Origin: a virus
Taxonomy: Duplodnaviria; Caudoviricetes
Strand: one strand, 5' to 3'
Virus record (IMG/VR): IMGVR_UViG_3300012952_000028
Coordinates: 1 to 54,489 of that record
Length of the DNA: 54,489 nucleotides
The notes under the pieces are model-generated. The model was not told where the DNA came from and searched no databases. It saw only the letters and a program-made list of their open reading frames with translations. A program made the translations under genes and the position numbers. The stretch's first letter is position 1, and each line of letters starts with the position of its first letter. Below, piece by piece: positions 36,701-44,800 of the stretch.

Positions 36701-38854
36701 TCCAATACCATTGGTAGATCCGTAGTTGGGAAGGTCCACTTCCAGCAGCCCCAGCTTCATCCTAAAGTGTACGTTTTGAGTGCCCGGTAATGTGTTGAAT
36801 CCGGCCACGTTCTCCAGAGGATGGTTGTTGATAAGGTAGGTGGGAGTGCCCGGTATAGAGTCTGTGAGGATCTTATCCTCGAAAGTGGAAAACGCCCTAA
36901 TGTCGGGAGCGTCCAAATCTCTCCCGTTGAGGTTGACGGGACTTCGGTAAAGCCCAATTGACACGCCATTATCCGACAGCCAATTCCAACCGTTACCGAT
37001 GTCTACTTTCCAACCCGGCAGAAGCCCCAGCGCCGAATGTCCTGACAGGTCCCCTGGATCGGCGTTCCACCCAATGATGACCGATCCCGTGGGATTGGTG
37101 TCTGCCAGCCAAACGCGACCCCTAAAACTTCCCACCGCCCCTGCTGGGAGGGGTGGCGTAGTGTTTGTTTCGAGAGAAGAAACGATTTGATCAGCGGTGT
37201 AATGCGTCCCAGCCCCTAAAGTTGTGGTCCACGTATAGTCGGTGGTCCCCACCCTAAAACGCAGCACATCACCCCCACTCAATGTGAAAGGTTGTTGATG
37301 GCGGCTGTATATTTTAGGAGTGGTGCAGTAATGAGAGGGGAGGGCTTCGGCTTGCATGAAGTACAAGCCATGACCCACGATCTTGCGAGGCTTCACTACC
37401 CCCTTAGACAACCCCGCAGAGGGAGCCGGGTCTGCTTCTTCTTGGCATATCTCCGACTTATTGTTGCGCACGAGGAATGAAAGACCGGGAAGATCCACCT
37501 CGTACTCATGAACCTCTAAGGTGGCAAACGCTTTCTCATCTTCTGGCTCGAGCGCCACAGTAAAGGGGAAAGTGTCTCCCACTCCCTCGATCCGGCGCAC
37601 AAGTCCGCACCCGTTAGGGCGTGTAGTGGGTGTTCCAATTACCGGCACCTCTCCCGTACCGTCTGGCAGATAGCGCACCCCGCTAATGGGGGTGGGGAAG
37701 GAAACTGCCTTGGGGATGAAGAAATCTCCCGTGACAACACCCGCGCCTCCTGCTGCTATCCCGATAAGGTTCTCCCCACTGGCATTTTGCGTAACCACGG
37801 GTGACTTAACGGGGAGTGGGATGGCATTAAGAGCAACCCCAAGGTAAAATATATCAGCCTTGAGGTACTCAATATTGTAAAGGGCATCCCCTGGAATAGC
37901 CTTTTTGATGTCATTTGTTGAAAGGACAATCTTCCCAGTAGTTTGGGACCAGGCGAAGGTTCCCGCCACCACAGCTGAGGGGGACGGTAGAGAGGCATCA
38001 TTAGCGCATGGGATAGGGGTAAGGTAAGTCCGATTCCCGAACGTCAGGAAGGGGCGCTCTGTAGGTCCAGGGATGGGAGATAGAGAGGGGAACCCGATAT
38101 TAGAGTCAAAGGTGGCTTGAGTCTCAAAATCGGACAAAGCGCCGAGCTTCCCCTTATCATCCTTGGTGAAGGATTCCCCGTTGTACCAAAGGGTCAATCC
38201 CGAATTAGCGGTCACGTAGGTGGGACTCAACATCATGATGCCATTAGAGGCACCCACCACTGCATCATAAGTAGTGCCCCAAATCCACACCCCATCTTCG
38301 ATGAGAGTGTCGGCAACCACGTAAACATTTAAAGGTGTTGAGTCCGAATCCGAATACTGCCCCGCTCTCACCAAAGCAAAATCATCTGGGTCCGAGGGGT
38401 TGAAGGGAAGGGTCTCCCCTTGAGAGTAGGCGGGAGGGGGTCCTAAGGTATAGGTGGTGTCCGCTTTAACTGGCCCCAAATTGATAGGGAGCCGCCCTTT
38501 GAAGGGGTACCACCGACCTGCTTGCCCGTCCCATCCAAAGCGCGTAATGCGGTCATTACGAGTCCACCAAAAGGTGGGAAGGTCATCTAAATCCGACAAT
38601 GACCCATTGGAGGCCGCGAATAGGCAAAATTGCTCAGTATCTTGACCCGCGTTTTCTAAGACCGCTGCGCGATACATATCGGCATAGGGGGCTGTGGGCC
38701 GGGAGGGGGCCATTCCCGCCGTGAACCACCCGTCTAAATCCGCCACCTCTTCATGGTGCTGGTCTACAGAAGTCGTAGCCTCGCCAGTGGTAGCAGAGTT
38801 TGAGGTCGCCACCCTGCCGGGCCGCAGTACCGAGCCTTCCAGATTAAATCCCAC
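27710..38854 (-). CDS. giant (3714 aa) putative baseplate/tail structural protein
   Basis: 11.1-kb uninterrupted ORF; beta-rich G/T/S/P/D composition; located after the hub and spike-like genes; SD AGGAG before GTG. Confidence 0.75.
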   Translation of the reverse strand: MGFNLEGSVLRPGRVATSNSATTGEATTSVDQHHEEVADLDGWFTAGMAPSRPTAPYADMYRAAVLENAGQDTEQFCLFAASNGSLSDLDDLPTFWWTRNDRITRFGWDGQAGRWYPFKGRLPINLGPVKADTTYTLGPPPAYSQGETLPFNPSDPDDFALVRAGQYSDSDSTPLNVYVVADTLIEDGVWIWGTTYDAVVGASNGIMMLSPTYVTANSGLTLWYNGESFTKDDKGKLGALSDFETQATFDSNIGFPSLSPIPGPTERPFLTFGNRTYLTPIPCANDASLPSPSAVVAGTFAWSQTTGKIVLSTNDIKKAIPGDALYNIEYLKADIFYLGVALNAIPLPVKSPVVTQNASGENLIGIAAGGAGVVTGDFFIPKAVSFPTPISGVRYLPDGTGEVPVIGTPTTRPNGCGLVRRIEGVGDTFPFTVALEPEDEKAFATLEVHEYEVDLPGLSFLVRNNKSEICQEEADPAPSAGLSKGVVKPRKIVGHGLYFMQAEALPSHYCTTPKIYSRHQQPFTLSGGDVLRFRVGTTDYTWTTTLGAGTHYTADQIVSSLETNTTPPLPAGAVGSFRGRVWLADTNPTGSVIIGWNADPGDLSGHSALGLLPGWKVDIGNGWNWLSDNGVSIGLYRSPVNLNGRDLDAPDIRAFSTFEDKILTDSIPGTPTYLINNHPLENVAGFNTLPGTQNVHFRMKLGLLEVDLPNYGSTNGIGIKYVWENNQFMWTKEAKTSPTQVLTPANILQLDHQSVLVETLSSAAMEPTGTGYGLYLKEAPSRSNPVPMATQLTEGTDFLMAAGGAPGQASLINVYGGVIFEGGDGSQTGTTFTDANVNQTTFANSVAADDKLHVKSGDNEGLYTITDVDSSGSAVSLTVAPAFRNTVSGGCTWAVYDGISKDAYDPSIVADVLMVETNHLPEEPFKIRVLSKLGVLGTDTLIADVADALESDRATFLRLGMSLNETGTNQIPVQYLTTGSALGSLSPTGLFVDPSDPHVSASGSASSYFQIRIGADAYSTAEGNLSLNAASVAAGFVDVNTTSGAITVAEDVVTDLGGSSVYFDQTLFPPTVQPASYVGCNPTTGELAVAQSVIVAFPSADAYFMERMVAGSSKDVQISPMAGSMFFMKPLREGQVVEAAYYQADGYGDKKVDEEGNTTEIVEFLTLPVRLEVATRVDPDNAKVFAFNPDGKTVATTDKFEPLIWAGSDLQNYAGEENCAFDPAASTLTFNTDVVAEGAPPVDPYDPWRHEPVKITYGVYEAFGGEHAYSVSTLPVYRKPFFINEEKSSFVLEGDRQSDFPANSLMLIGPTPFYITSTSYDSATGTTVNFFPPTQREAGSRSPGNDVPLLISDLPVAWPDPSAADRGSFGFLMEVDIPYEVADKGQLKIIFQGDATQFTRPNHILEIGGYPYLVANSNLTTDGRYTIVNLANPLYTKHTYGTDVTKFSARAVYKPDPVEFTGILPLEGTEEYALFLTGERDGTGELPGRVLKEGIEYEINPTSGAVLFKYPNQGGLAPHETLWLRYTSLRTISPALVEGAVIAPVFLAKNLSMTFPTVENRILGSFLKAQYTFRNPDSYFYETLTLKDYLPQVSEATKGQVTTPGSGPPVTSPGETDIAKQGNFGLRSEVQNLRDQDRAARAYIQYFNEIVLAFEQVLETIDGRIIGDRDGKFKFFIGRDKVYPPPGYEDPVSGDLNKRLIWREVVDSWAPSSFEAADGYLTERDSIFNPLTATVPDPTDKPGDPSGEPMDPDLLSFFLARQRYRVRNDMDDRVLIGLRRPKGWPSIFPLFTSRGRFKDMWQDHSYSRLFPEATTHFSQLYPGLEASYNSDGAVTSGGYYSAGRLQTVPGPNPGETQEKVIKTRGSEIGVVANPALGEITGVVSVEASDRRARARIWAYYPQGSADLDDALSISTVGKATIVATPVAFSEFYLGDDGFPDLSKLVSGGGEQADLVSGDFNLSTPGFKVGQRLAFGKPPGVLGSNYILQDISGGPILVGDMPAACVITLANYDGDVSGLNVLVNGTVPLESIVSNETGYGDTIYSVAPLNEVLENLSDSESPTLEEIAAGGLGLPDYNMQFDLRAKKRKGVFTDNSLPSAADDSFPLKELFGQNPPTPLSCIEGPVGFVNTDQEPVQLPCLLGQDKNDSGDYSIPYLASSECELSILGAIEPYFRTLLGDTSYSPLPSTTGYPTGAPTGLKQMWDSIYPNEIRVSDGEIYLTNQVDPGTSPWRNPATLYTKSSNLQPVKGVAPWLYGTDSGVGSLRPYDLVLVEADPASNTDLFMGMKGILSVGDVYADTFGDFNWSSLEPPRFASQSAPGIAGTMPATTSAEHGNLAYTLRGYAGCNTGDADGTGIIITDVASGIPGVDFQSVINVSDFPGLSFNEVAQLVRVWGITPQDKIAALQVNIFDPDPAAVGDPYKGSILIPQINDASTGTPASLGLASTVYVKPVVGAVAALNISATGGGVAPAPGLLQMDLNFSALYPGQDICSILGLVNGQRYDFTLDLDTYIDDDTFAASGSALPAISLGAGTGSETAFIRDDRLTFCEHLTVSRTDVSYSLPRGAQPANGVVSAFFAPGSMEAQLSVHLTKTSGSPFSGVNSPKSVNRDATQPYPDGAEPFTFLTRLGGSTATGNMSPGVEYVSYNVPSGADNVAYFRAMAWEGGANAPLTVEASNIILSGVPSSHFNKTDIISKGSGDCHDNQLDAALTGTLTGPRTWIQNVTNEQGDTATILSGDSLVIQGTNSAGAGAAFTDGGIKAGTYLVRHSVANSAVTDADGQPVLRSNASTIGGNDGALDLTFPTILSADQSTNTIVIQGSPHVPNREHGWNLSASNRAVHLILDSTYATWTGPLANDYDVNPVSVVKLDITSLVYDGDGQLTFTMAGTPGGTDAYDANGDAFSTDAWWAAAQVGVKVSGMRYLPIHNLGSATASGDSLPDNNCVGAISTSVGDPLYGGFAAVACGNVNPAIHSGAPGYSDNTVTWGAQWLNIGPSTPPNTVGVLAQEIDTGAGANGGDLVVDMDYTVPNPWLFQDDVRRPVYAKWYDLGLDGANTEYGRVQGVAQSLDLWVSMAGVGEVKWERLRWGNGPPASVTTPNSALMCVLPGDVWTFGNRVTTPGHPTEPTIPGFHALSGVFLEPSFPLPTADLNRLIPQVVSASHSGAQVGMRQVIDWDEDPATAGTVFMETVSFFVRRMRRFQPVQMDIAALMKPLKYVYSMRTGTVGSYASASRTFTSAVLGTTVGPFNDASVNINPGDTLRVYAADGSLLDSAEIQQVSGASTLILSRPGLTTTTSLAGLKFEVWLNQAMVPHEQSCEQLLDLVTDKTLYRRTVDYTGSPTDPGGTVPAYNTIQDPDVTSWSVLPNGSQVLEGDYVVIDPAGVLYDVEEQGSRPTGDRSVEARTDVLPDGTDVYREGGPEPLDDNRGFYKVTAIDTNTLTVDGTSRFTDGTEDGASPVTFGGPGAEYAVLPTVHDSQIDGSGTGPDPEGQQALRPTALPVGNLYLDRTPENMFKSIEPFGFRVIRPNTVFSTDALELVLFMRERMLSWMEEVEFVYTDTTGSYFIFQEKDQIDDIGFPNSITTGVGIWTNAMVESIRGITTLAPFANVNDCVSVLDRRFWILDFNLDSQTPSTSATPYATFAENTDNQRPVLPDLIDEVLDLQDKFREQRFSWIAFRADRTDGSIQAAKRAESKLPRKLRKQRRLLLQQEALNKS

Positions 38855-38926
38855 GCCTACAACTCCTACAAAACATCTTACCCGCAGGCGTCCAATAAAA
38901 GACCCTCATGCTTCCCCACAAAGATG

Positions 38927-38942
38927 GGATAGGAACCTTACC
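38927..38942 (-). promoter_or_regulatory. candidate late promoter motif GGTA-N6-CTATCC
   Basis: Reads ggtaaggttcctatcc in the gap upstream of the 3714-aa gene. Confidence 0.4.
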
Positions 38943-38944
38943 GC

Positions 38945-39517
38945 CTACACCAGTTTACAAATGCTCGTTCCTACAGAGCCGGAGGGGGAAGGCGGCCCCA
39001 CAACAACCCCGGCACCACCTCCCATCATAACTAAAGCGGCAATCCCTTCCGCGCAGGCTTTTGAAAACAGCAGGGCCTGCGGCCCTATAATCCCCTGGGC
39101 TGCTAAATTGACCGCGATAAGAGGAAGGAGGGTGTAAGGGTTTGCCACCGTTACTTTAGCGACCACGCTCCCAGTCCCCACTCCCGCCGACACGCCGGTA
39201 AATTGAGCAGTGGCGTTAAGTGCTGTAGAGACTCCAATCCCCACTGCTGCTGACACTTCCAACCCCATGGGGCCTAACAGGGTGTTGGCAGGGAACGTGC
39301 CCGGCAGAGGTGCAACAGGCATCGCAAACTTCCCGTTGGCACTTCCCGCCCCAGCTGTTCCGGTTGTTACCCCATTGAGGACCACGTTCCCTGGAAGTTG
39401 AATCCATTGAGTAACGGCCAACCCGATAGCAGCGGCTACTTGTCCAAATACGGGACCTTTAAGTCCAGGCCCTGCCGCTAAGATCGCAACCGTAATAGGG
39501 GGAGGTGCCACCGCCAT
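38945..39517 (-). CDS. Gly/Ala/Val-rich hydrophobic virion protein
   Basis: 190 aa, nearly uncharged; directly after the spike-like gene. Confidence 0.65.
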   Translation of the reverse strand: MAVAPPPITVAILAAGPGLKGPVFGQVAAAIGLAVTQWIQLPGNVVLNGVTTGTAGAGSANGKFAMPVAPLPGTFPANTLLGPMGLEVSAAVGIGVSTALNATAQFTGVSAGVGTGSVVAKVTVANPYTLLPLIAVNLAAQGIIGPQALLFSKACAEGIAALVMMGGGAGVVVGPPSPSGSVGTSICKLV

Positions 39518-41877
39518 TAGAATCTACACGTCGGAGCGCCAAACGTGCCGCAAGTGACGAAGGGGCGGCCAGCGAACCCGTCAATGCACCCGTCACCCAG
39601 AACCCCTCCCGGAATGGTGGGGACATTAAACTTTACAAAAGCGGAAGTGATGCCCACCAAAGCGGGGCTGGTCATAGTTGCGGTCATGCTCCCTAAGATG
39701 GCCGCACTTCCTGTGGGGGAGAGGAGCTTCGCGGTGCCCCCTGGAGCCATACAAGTGGCTCCCGCTCCGATAAGGTCCGCATCAATAGAGTTATTTATGA
39801 AGGGGAGACCCGTACTGGCCTTGAACCCTTGACCCGGCCCAACACTGGGGAGTGGGGGGGACATGGTAGAAATCTGCCGACTTCCGACGGCGATGTTGGA
39901 GTCCCACTTACCCATGGTGGTGATGCTATCCGAAATGCCGCCGAACAAGACACTCCGACTGATCTCCGCAGCCCCGATTCCCATAGCAGATACGGAAATG
40001 TCCAGGGCAGCGCCCTCTACTGGTTTGAGAGGGCCACCACCACCGCATGTGATAGTGGTCTTCTTCATAGAAGTCTGAGCTACTGTTTGAGCGGTCTTCG
40101 TCGCGGTCCCGGCTTGAACGTCAATGCTATGTGAGTCCGAACACGCATTAACAATGTTCTTGGCGTCTTTGGTGAGGACATTTACGCCGGAAACATGAAC
40201 GTCTCCCACAGCCCCCATCTCTAAGCTCTTACCGCTTTTCATACTCAAGGCTATTTGCTTAGAGCCTGGACTCAGATCAGGATTATCTCCAGCATTAGCA
40301 CTTCCATTAGCGTCCAAACCACCGGCATAGATAGATACGGGGGCACGGTCGGCTTTCATTTTAATGCCCTCGCCAGTTCCCGTGGCCTGTATGTTGTGGC
40401 TGGGGGCATCTACGGTGGAAGGCCCTTCCACTTTCTCGTACTTGCCTGTGGCGTAGTAAGTTTGGGCTGTGTCGGAACCTGTACCAGGGAAGTATTGGCG
40501 CAATGCCCCTCCCTTTGTGATAGACCAAAAAGCCTCTGGCCCCCCATTAGGGTTTTTGACCCTCAAAAGGACGGCTGCGTGTTCCGTTACTGGAGTGTCA
40601 GCCGTGGCCGCTTTCAAGGAGGGGGACAGAGTTCCCTGGTCATCAAAGAGCGAAGGCACTAAAGGACGGGCATAGGCAGTCTTCCCCTCTCCGAAAGCGT
40701 CATTACCGATAGCAGTTCCCAGAACAAACTCTACATGGGCCGCATTAGGGGAAGTAGCTGACGTATTAGGAGCGCCATCGGCACCCATCGCCGGTGCCCG
40801 AGGAAAACGGTCAATGTCCACCCCATCCGTTTGTTCCGTTACTGGAAGCGTGCCATCATTATTGTAAGACACCTCAATTCGGTACTCAGAGAAATTGGGT
40901 TGATCGCTTACTACCCCGTTTCCACCCCCCGTTGCCACCCGAAACATGGGCTTACCGCCATACACGGCATTAGTGAAAGTGGTCGCTTTGGTGCCGGAAA
41001 CGCCAACTAATCCCGCATTTTGCAAATCCTGTAAAGGGTTCAGCCCCATGCGGATTCCTGATTTCAGGGCCGGATTGGCGATAAACTTCCCAAAATCTGC
41101 GGAGGATGCAAACTCTCCGGACACTAAGGGCTTCCCTTCCTCGTTTAGCTGCCTCCCTGCGGCGTAGTCCTCCGAACCTCCAAAGGCTTGAGTGGGGAGA
41201 AGTTGCGCGTCCCTTTGGACAGCGCCCCCGTAAATACGAAAACCTGCGCCTGCGTGAAACTGTTGAAGAGATCGGATCACTAAGGCTTGGTCTTGATCTC
41301 GAAGGATAATCTCATTGCCCCTTCTATTTGCAAAGGTGGCGCTTTCATTAAGCAGTAGATCCGCACCCTGAGAGGAAGAGGCGCAGACGTTCCCTACTTC
41401 AAGTTGCTTCAACTTATGGCGGCGATGCCCAGCCAGTCCGTCCGTTGCCAAATCCATAGCCGGGGTTTGGGGAAGCTCTTCTGGCGTGAGAGGTCCGGTG
41501 GTAAGCCAATCGTATCCAGCCTTAGGCCCAGGCACCAACCAACCCACAATATAAGGGGTGCGGGTGGCGCCAGACTCGGCGGGAGAGTACCCCACCACGC
41601 ATAAGTCATTGACTTCAGGAATACTTCCCAAGAAATGTCGAGCGCCTGCATTAGGGAAAGTGAGAGCTACTTGCTCTTTAGGATCCCCGTTACCCGTAAG
41701 CATATAGAGGGACACCACCATCTTAACGGGATCTACCCGCATAACTTTAGCTACCCGGAGGGGGTAAGTCTCAGCATCACCGCCTGCTCTCCCCTTGCGG
41801 TTCTTTCGAGCAGCCTTTTGATTGGAAGCTCGGCTCAGTCCGTTGCCCCCGAAAAGATTTAAAAGTGAGTTTAGCAT
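39517..41877 (-). CDS. putative baseplate central spike (gp5/VgrG-like OB fold plus beta-strand repeats)
   Basis: LRVAKVMRVDP...GARHFLGSIPEVNDLCVVGY resembles the spike OB fold; the C-terminal region has short S/T/G beta repeats; follows the hub gene. Confidence 0.6.
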   Translation of the reverse strand: MLNSLLNLFGGNGLSRASNQKAARKNRKGRAGGDAETYPLRVAKVMRVDPVKMVVSLYMLTGNGDPKEQVALTFPNAGARHFLGSIPEVNDLCVVGYSPAESGATRTPYIVGWLVPGPKAGYDWLTTGPLTPEELPQTPAMDLATDGLAGHRRHKLKQLEVGNVCASSSQGADLLLNESATFANRRGNEIILRDQDQALVIRSLQQFHAGAGFRIYGGAVQRDAQLLPTQAFGGSEDYAAGRQLNEEGKPLVSGEFASSADFGKFIANPALKSGIRMGLNPLQDLQNAGLVGVSGTKATTFTNAVYGGKPMFRVATGGGNGVVSDQPNFSEYRIEVSYNNDGTLPVTEQTDGVDIDRFPRAPAMGADGAPNTSATSPNAAHVEFVLGTAIGNDAFGEGKTAYARPLVPSLFDDQGTLSPSLKAATADTPVTEHAAVLLRVKNPNGGPEAFWSITKGGALRQYFPGTGSDTAQTYYATGKYEKVEGPSTVDAPSHNIQATGTGEGIKMKADRAPVSIYAGGLDANGSANAGDNPDLSPGSKQIALSMKSGKSLEMGAVGDVHVSGVNVLTKDAKNIVNACSDSHSIDVQAGTATKTAQTVAQTSMKKTTITCGGGGPLKPVEGAALDISVSAMGIGAAEISRSVLFGGISDSITTMGKWDSNIAVGSRQISTMSPPLPSVGPGQGFKASTGLPFINNSIDADLIGAGATCMAPGGTAKLLSPTGSAAILGSMTATMTSPALVGITSAFVKFNVPTIPGGVLGDGCIDGFAGRPFVTCGTFGAPTCRF

Positions 41878-44800
41878 CAGTCCTCCTCGTCGCCTTCCCG
41901 ACCTGGATCTGTTCCAAGATTTATGCGGTCTTCATCCCGCTCTCCGGTTTCGGTGGGAGCCGCACCTGCAAAAAGATTCAGAGGGGTGGTGGCAGTATCC
42001 GCTAAGGCTTCAGAAGTTTCTGCACTCACCTCACCCTCCTCGGAAAGCTCTTGCATCATGTCGAAAAGAAGAGTGTCCCCTGAAGTGGTAACGCTCTCCG
42101 TTGTGAGCTTGTCCCACCAATCGCTATAGCTCTCATACTCCCCGCCCCACAGGTCGCCTGGAAAGTCTAAGGTGTCATCTAATACCGCATCTGGGTCCAT
42201 CTCTTCCAAGTCTTCGAGGGTTCCCCTGAGGTTCGCGGCATAATCCCCGTACAGGCTGGCCCCACCCGTTCTAATGGCCTCATCAATGAGGGCAACAGCA
42301 GATACCCGAGGCTCTTCAATCTTACCGGCCAACGCATCCTTTGTAACTTGCCAGGGAACCGATACAGCTTCAGCCATAGCCTTTTGAAAGTCCGTGACAG
42401 GCTCTTCGTTGGCGGTAACGAAATCCTTGCCCATGGAAACAAGAAAGATAGCGCCGTCCGATCCCTTACAGAAAAACTTAGTGCAGGTGGAGGAAGTGCC
42501 TATATTGGCTAAGTTAGTGGCTGCGGCAGGGTTGTAAATAGCTTGCCCTCTTGTGAAAGAGGTGACAGGAGTGTTGCGAATTTTGGCTTGTAGGGAAGCG
42601 TTCCCCGCCAGCCCTTCGAGATGCTCATCCACACTTTGACTAAACTCGCCAATGCTGGCCATCCCCGCACTGGCTAAAATAGCGGCCCTCTCAGCGTCTG
42701 CAAGGCTATTTAAAGCAGCAGCAGCATATGTTGCATTATCCGCGCCACCCTCGGTTACCTGCACATTTGTGGCCTTTTTTCCCACATTTTGATTCCTTTC
42801 AAAGTCTCCTGCTAAGAACTTTTCTAACAGAAACCTGGACCAAAACTTGGATGTCGTCTCCATGCTCGAGGCATTACTGCCGAAATCTCCAATATTCACC
42901 GTGGACCCCTCAGCCCGCGTAAAGCCATCCGCGCTGTCAGCGGCATTTCCCTCTTGAGAGGAGGAGATAAGGTCAGCGTAGGTTTCGATAGAAACGCCCC
43001 GCCCGTAAGGAAGTGACCCGAATACCTCATAGCCGGCATGGTCTGAAACGGGAAAGATGGGCGTGCAGCGCGTGGTGGTTTTTTTCGTGACAGCTATGGC
43101 AGAGGCTGAAGGTTGAGGAGTATCGTCAAAATCTACATCCCCCACTAATTTGTCAATCACTTCCGCTCGGGCCTCTCTTGCCAGAAGAAGTTGAGTGCTG
43201 CTCTCATAGTAGGGAATGTCTGGCTTGCTGACTTTGAACGAGAGAGCTATACCGGCGGCCATTCTGTATAAACACTCAGCTGTTTTTTGTGCTAAGATTT
43301 CCCAACCGGCAGGTGTTCCCCCCTCGTTGACCACGGCATAATCCATGTACGATCCCTGAAGGATCACCTCCCGCTCCCCAGTCAAGGCAAGGAAAGTGGT
43401 CAACCCTCCCAAGGTAGGGAGCCATGGGGGCTTACCCCCGTCCCCATCGACCACTCCATCCCCCCAAAATCCAGCGTCATCATTAAACTCCCCCTCTTCA
43501 ATAGCGTCCACTTTAGTATACTTATCAATAGGGCACGGCAGGAAAGTGGCCCAGAGCCTCCCGGCCCGGTTTCCAAAGTACTGGACATCCGAGGAATTGG
43601 GCCACCACGGAGTGGCTATTGCGCCCAGGGTCGGGTCAGGCCCGAAGAGGTTACCAAGCCCCCCGGCAGGAAAGCCCGATTGGTACTGCGTGCCTGGGAC
43701 TACCAGCATCTCACCGTAGCAATCAGCGTCACCTTTCTTCAAGTGCACCGCCACTCCACCAAACCAGTCCCACTTGAGAATAGCGCCATCCTCATCACCA
43801 GGCCAGCTCCAAACTTCCGGTGGTCCTACCATACCTTCATAGCCGAGCTGACCGGCTTCAGTGTTTCGCATTGTGCTTCCCGCCATAGGGCGAAGAGCAT
43901 TAGCAAACTCCCAAACCGCCTTAATCATGTCCCACACCTTGGCCTCTGCAAGGGCTTCCGTCGCCTTCTTGGAGCCGCTAAAACCATTGTTTAGAAGGTT
44001 CTGCTTAATAGCCGAGATGATGCTGTGGGGGATTTTCCATCCCGTAGTGCCCAAGTTCCAAGCCGGAACGTCCCTCTTTACGGGCCTGAGCTGGGTGATG
44101 GTTTGGACCCCAAATGTCAAAAAGCGAATGTCGGACGTGGCACAGGTAACCTTCTTGGTGTTTTGTTGAAGGTTGATGTCTCTCCACCCCTCTTTCATAG
44201 AAGGGGTGGCAATAGTTATGCCCCTGCTGATGTTAACTTCTTTGGTTCCCATTTGAATGCCGTTTTGCTTATCAGACTCAAAGCGCGTACAGCTGGAGGT
44301 CCACCCGTCTGTGGGCCTATCAAACTCTATCACGGTGGTGTAGTCCACCGTTGTGTTTGTGAAGTCCCCCCCTTGAGCAAGGTCCAGAACGATAGAGCCA
44401 GGGGCCTGGTCCTGCTCGGCATCAGCATTAGAAGAGTAGTAGCGGTAATTTCCTTGAATATCTAAGCCTGGGGAAAACAGCCCTTTGGTGGAAGTCATGA
44501 GGGCTAAGTAGTTCTGCAAAGCCGCTCCCCCTTCGATGTCTGTCACGTACTTTTCGTAGACCATGGCGACTGCCGCCCCTAAGGGGTCGGATTCAGCCAG
44601 TTCTGCAGAAGAGGTTTCCCCGGCAATTAGGGCCTCTCTCACTTCAGTGAACTTAACTTTAAACTCCGTGGCTGTGAAGCTCAACACGTCTGTGTTGGTG
44701 GTTCGCAACATCAGGGTTCCTGCTTCAAGATCCCCAGTAGAATCCGCGCCACCCGTCACTTCCCACTGAGGGGCGGGGCCATACTCAATCCACCCCTCCG

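Noticed and set aside
27805-38645. Numerous 60-180 aa + strand ORFs within the giant gene
   Set aside because: Antisense shadows with no start signals or motifs.
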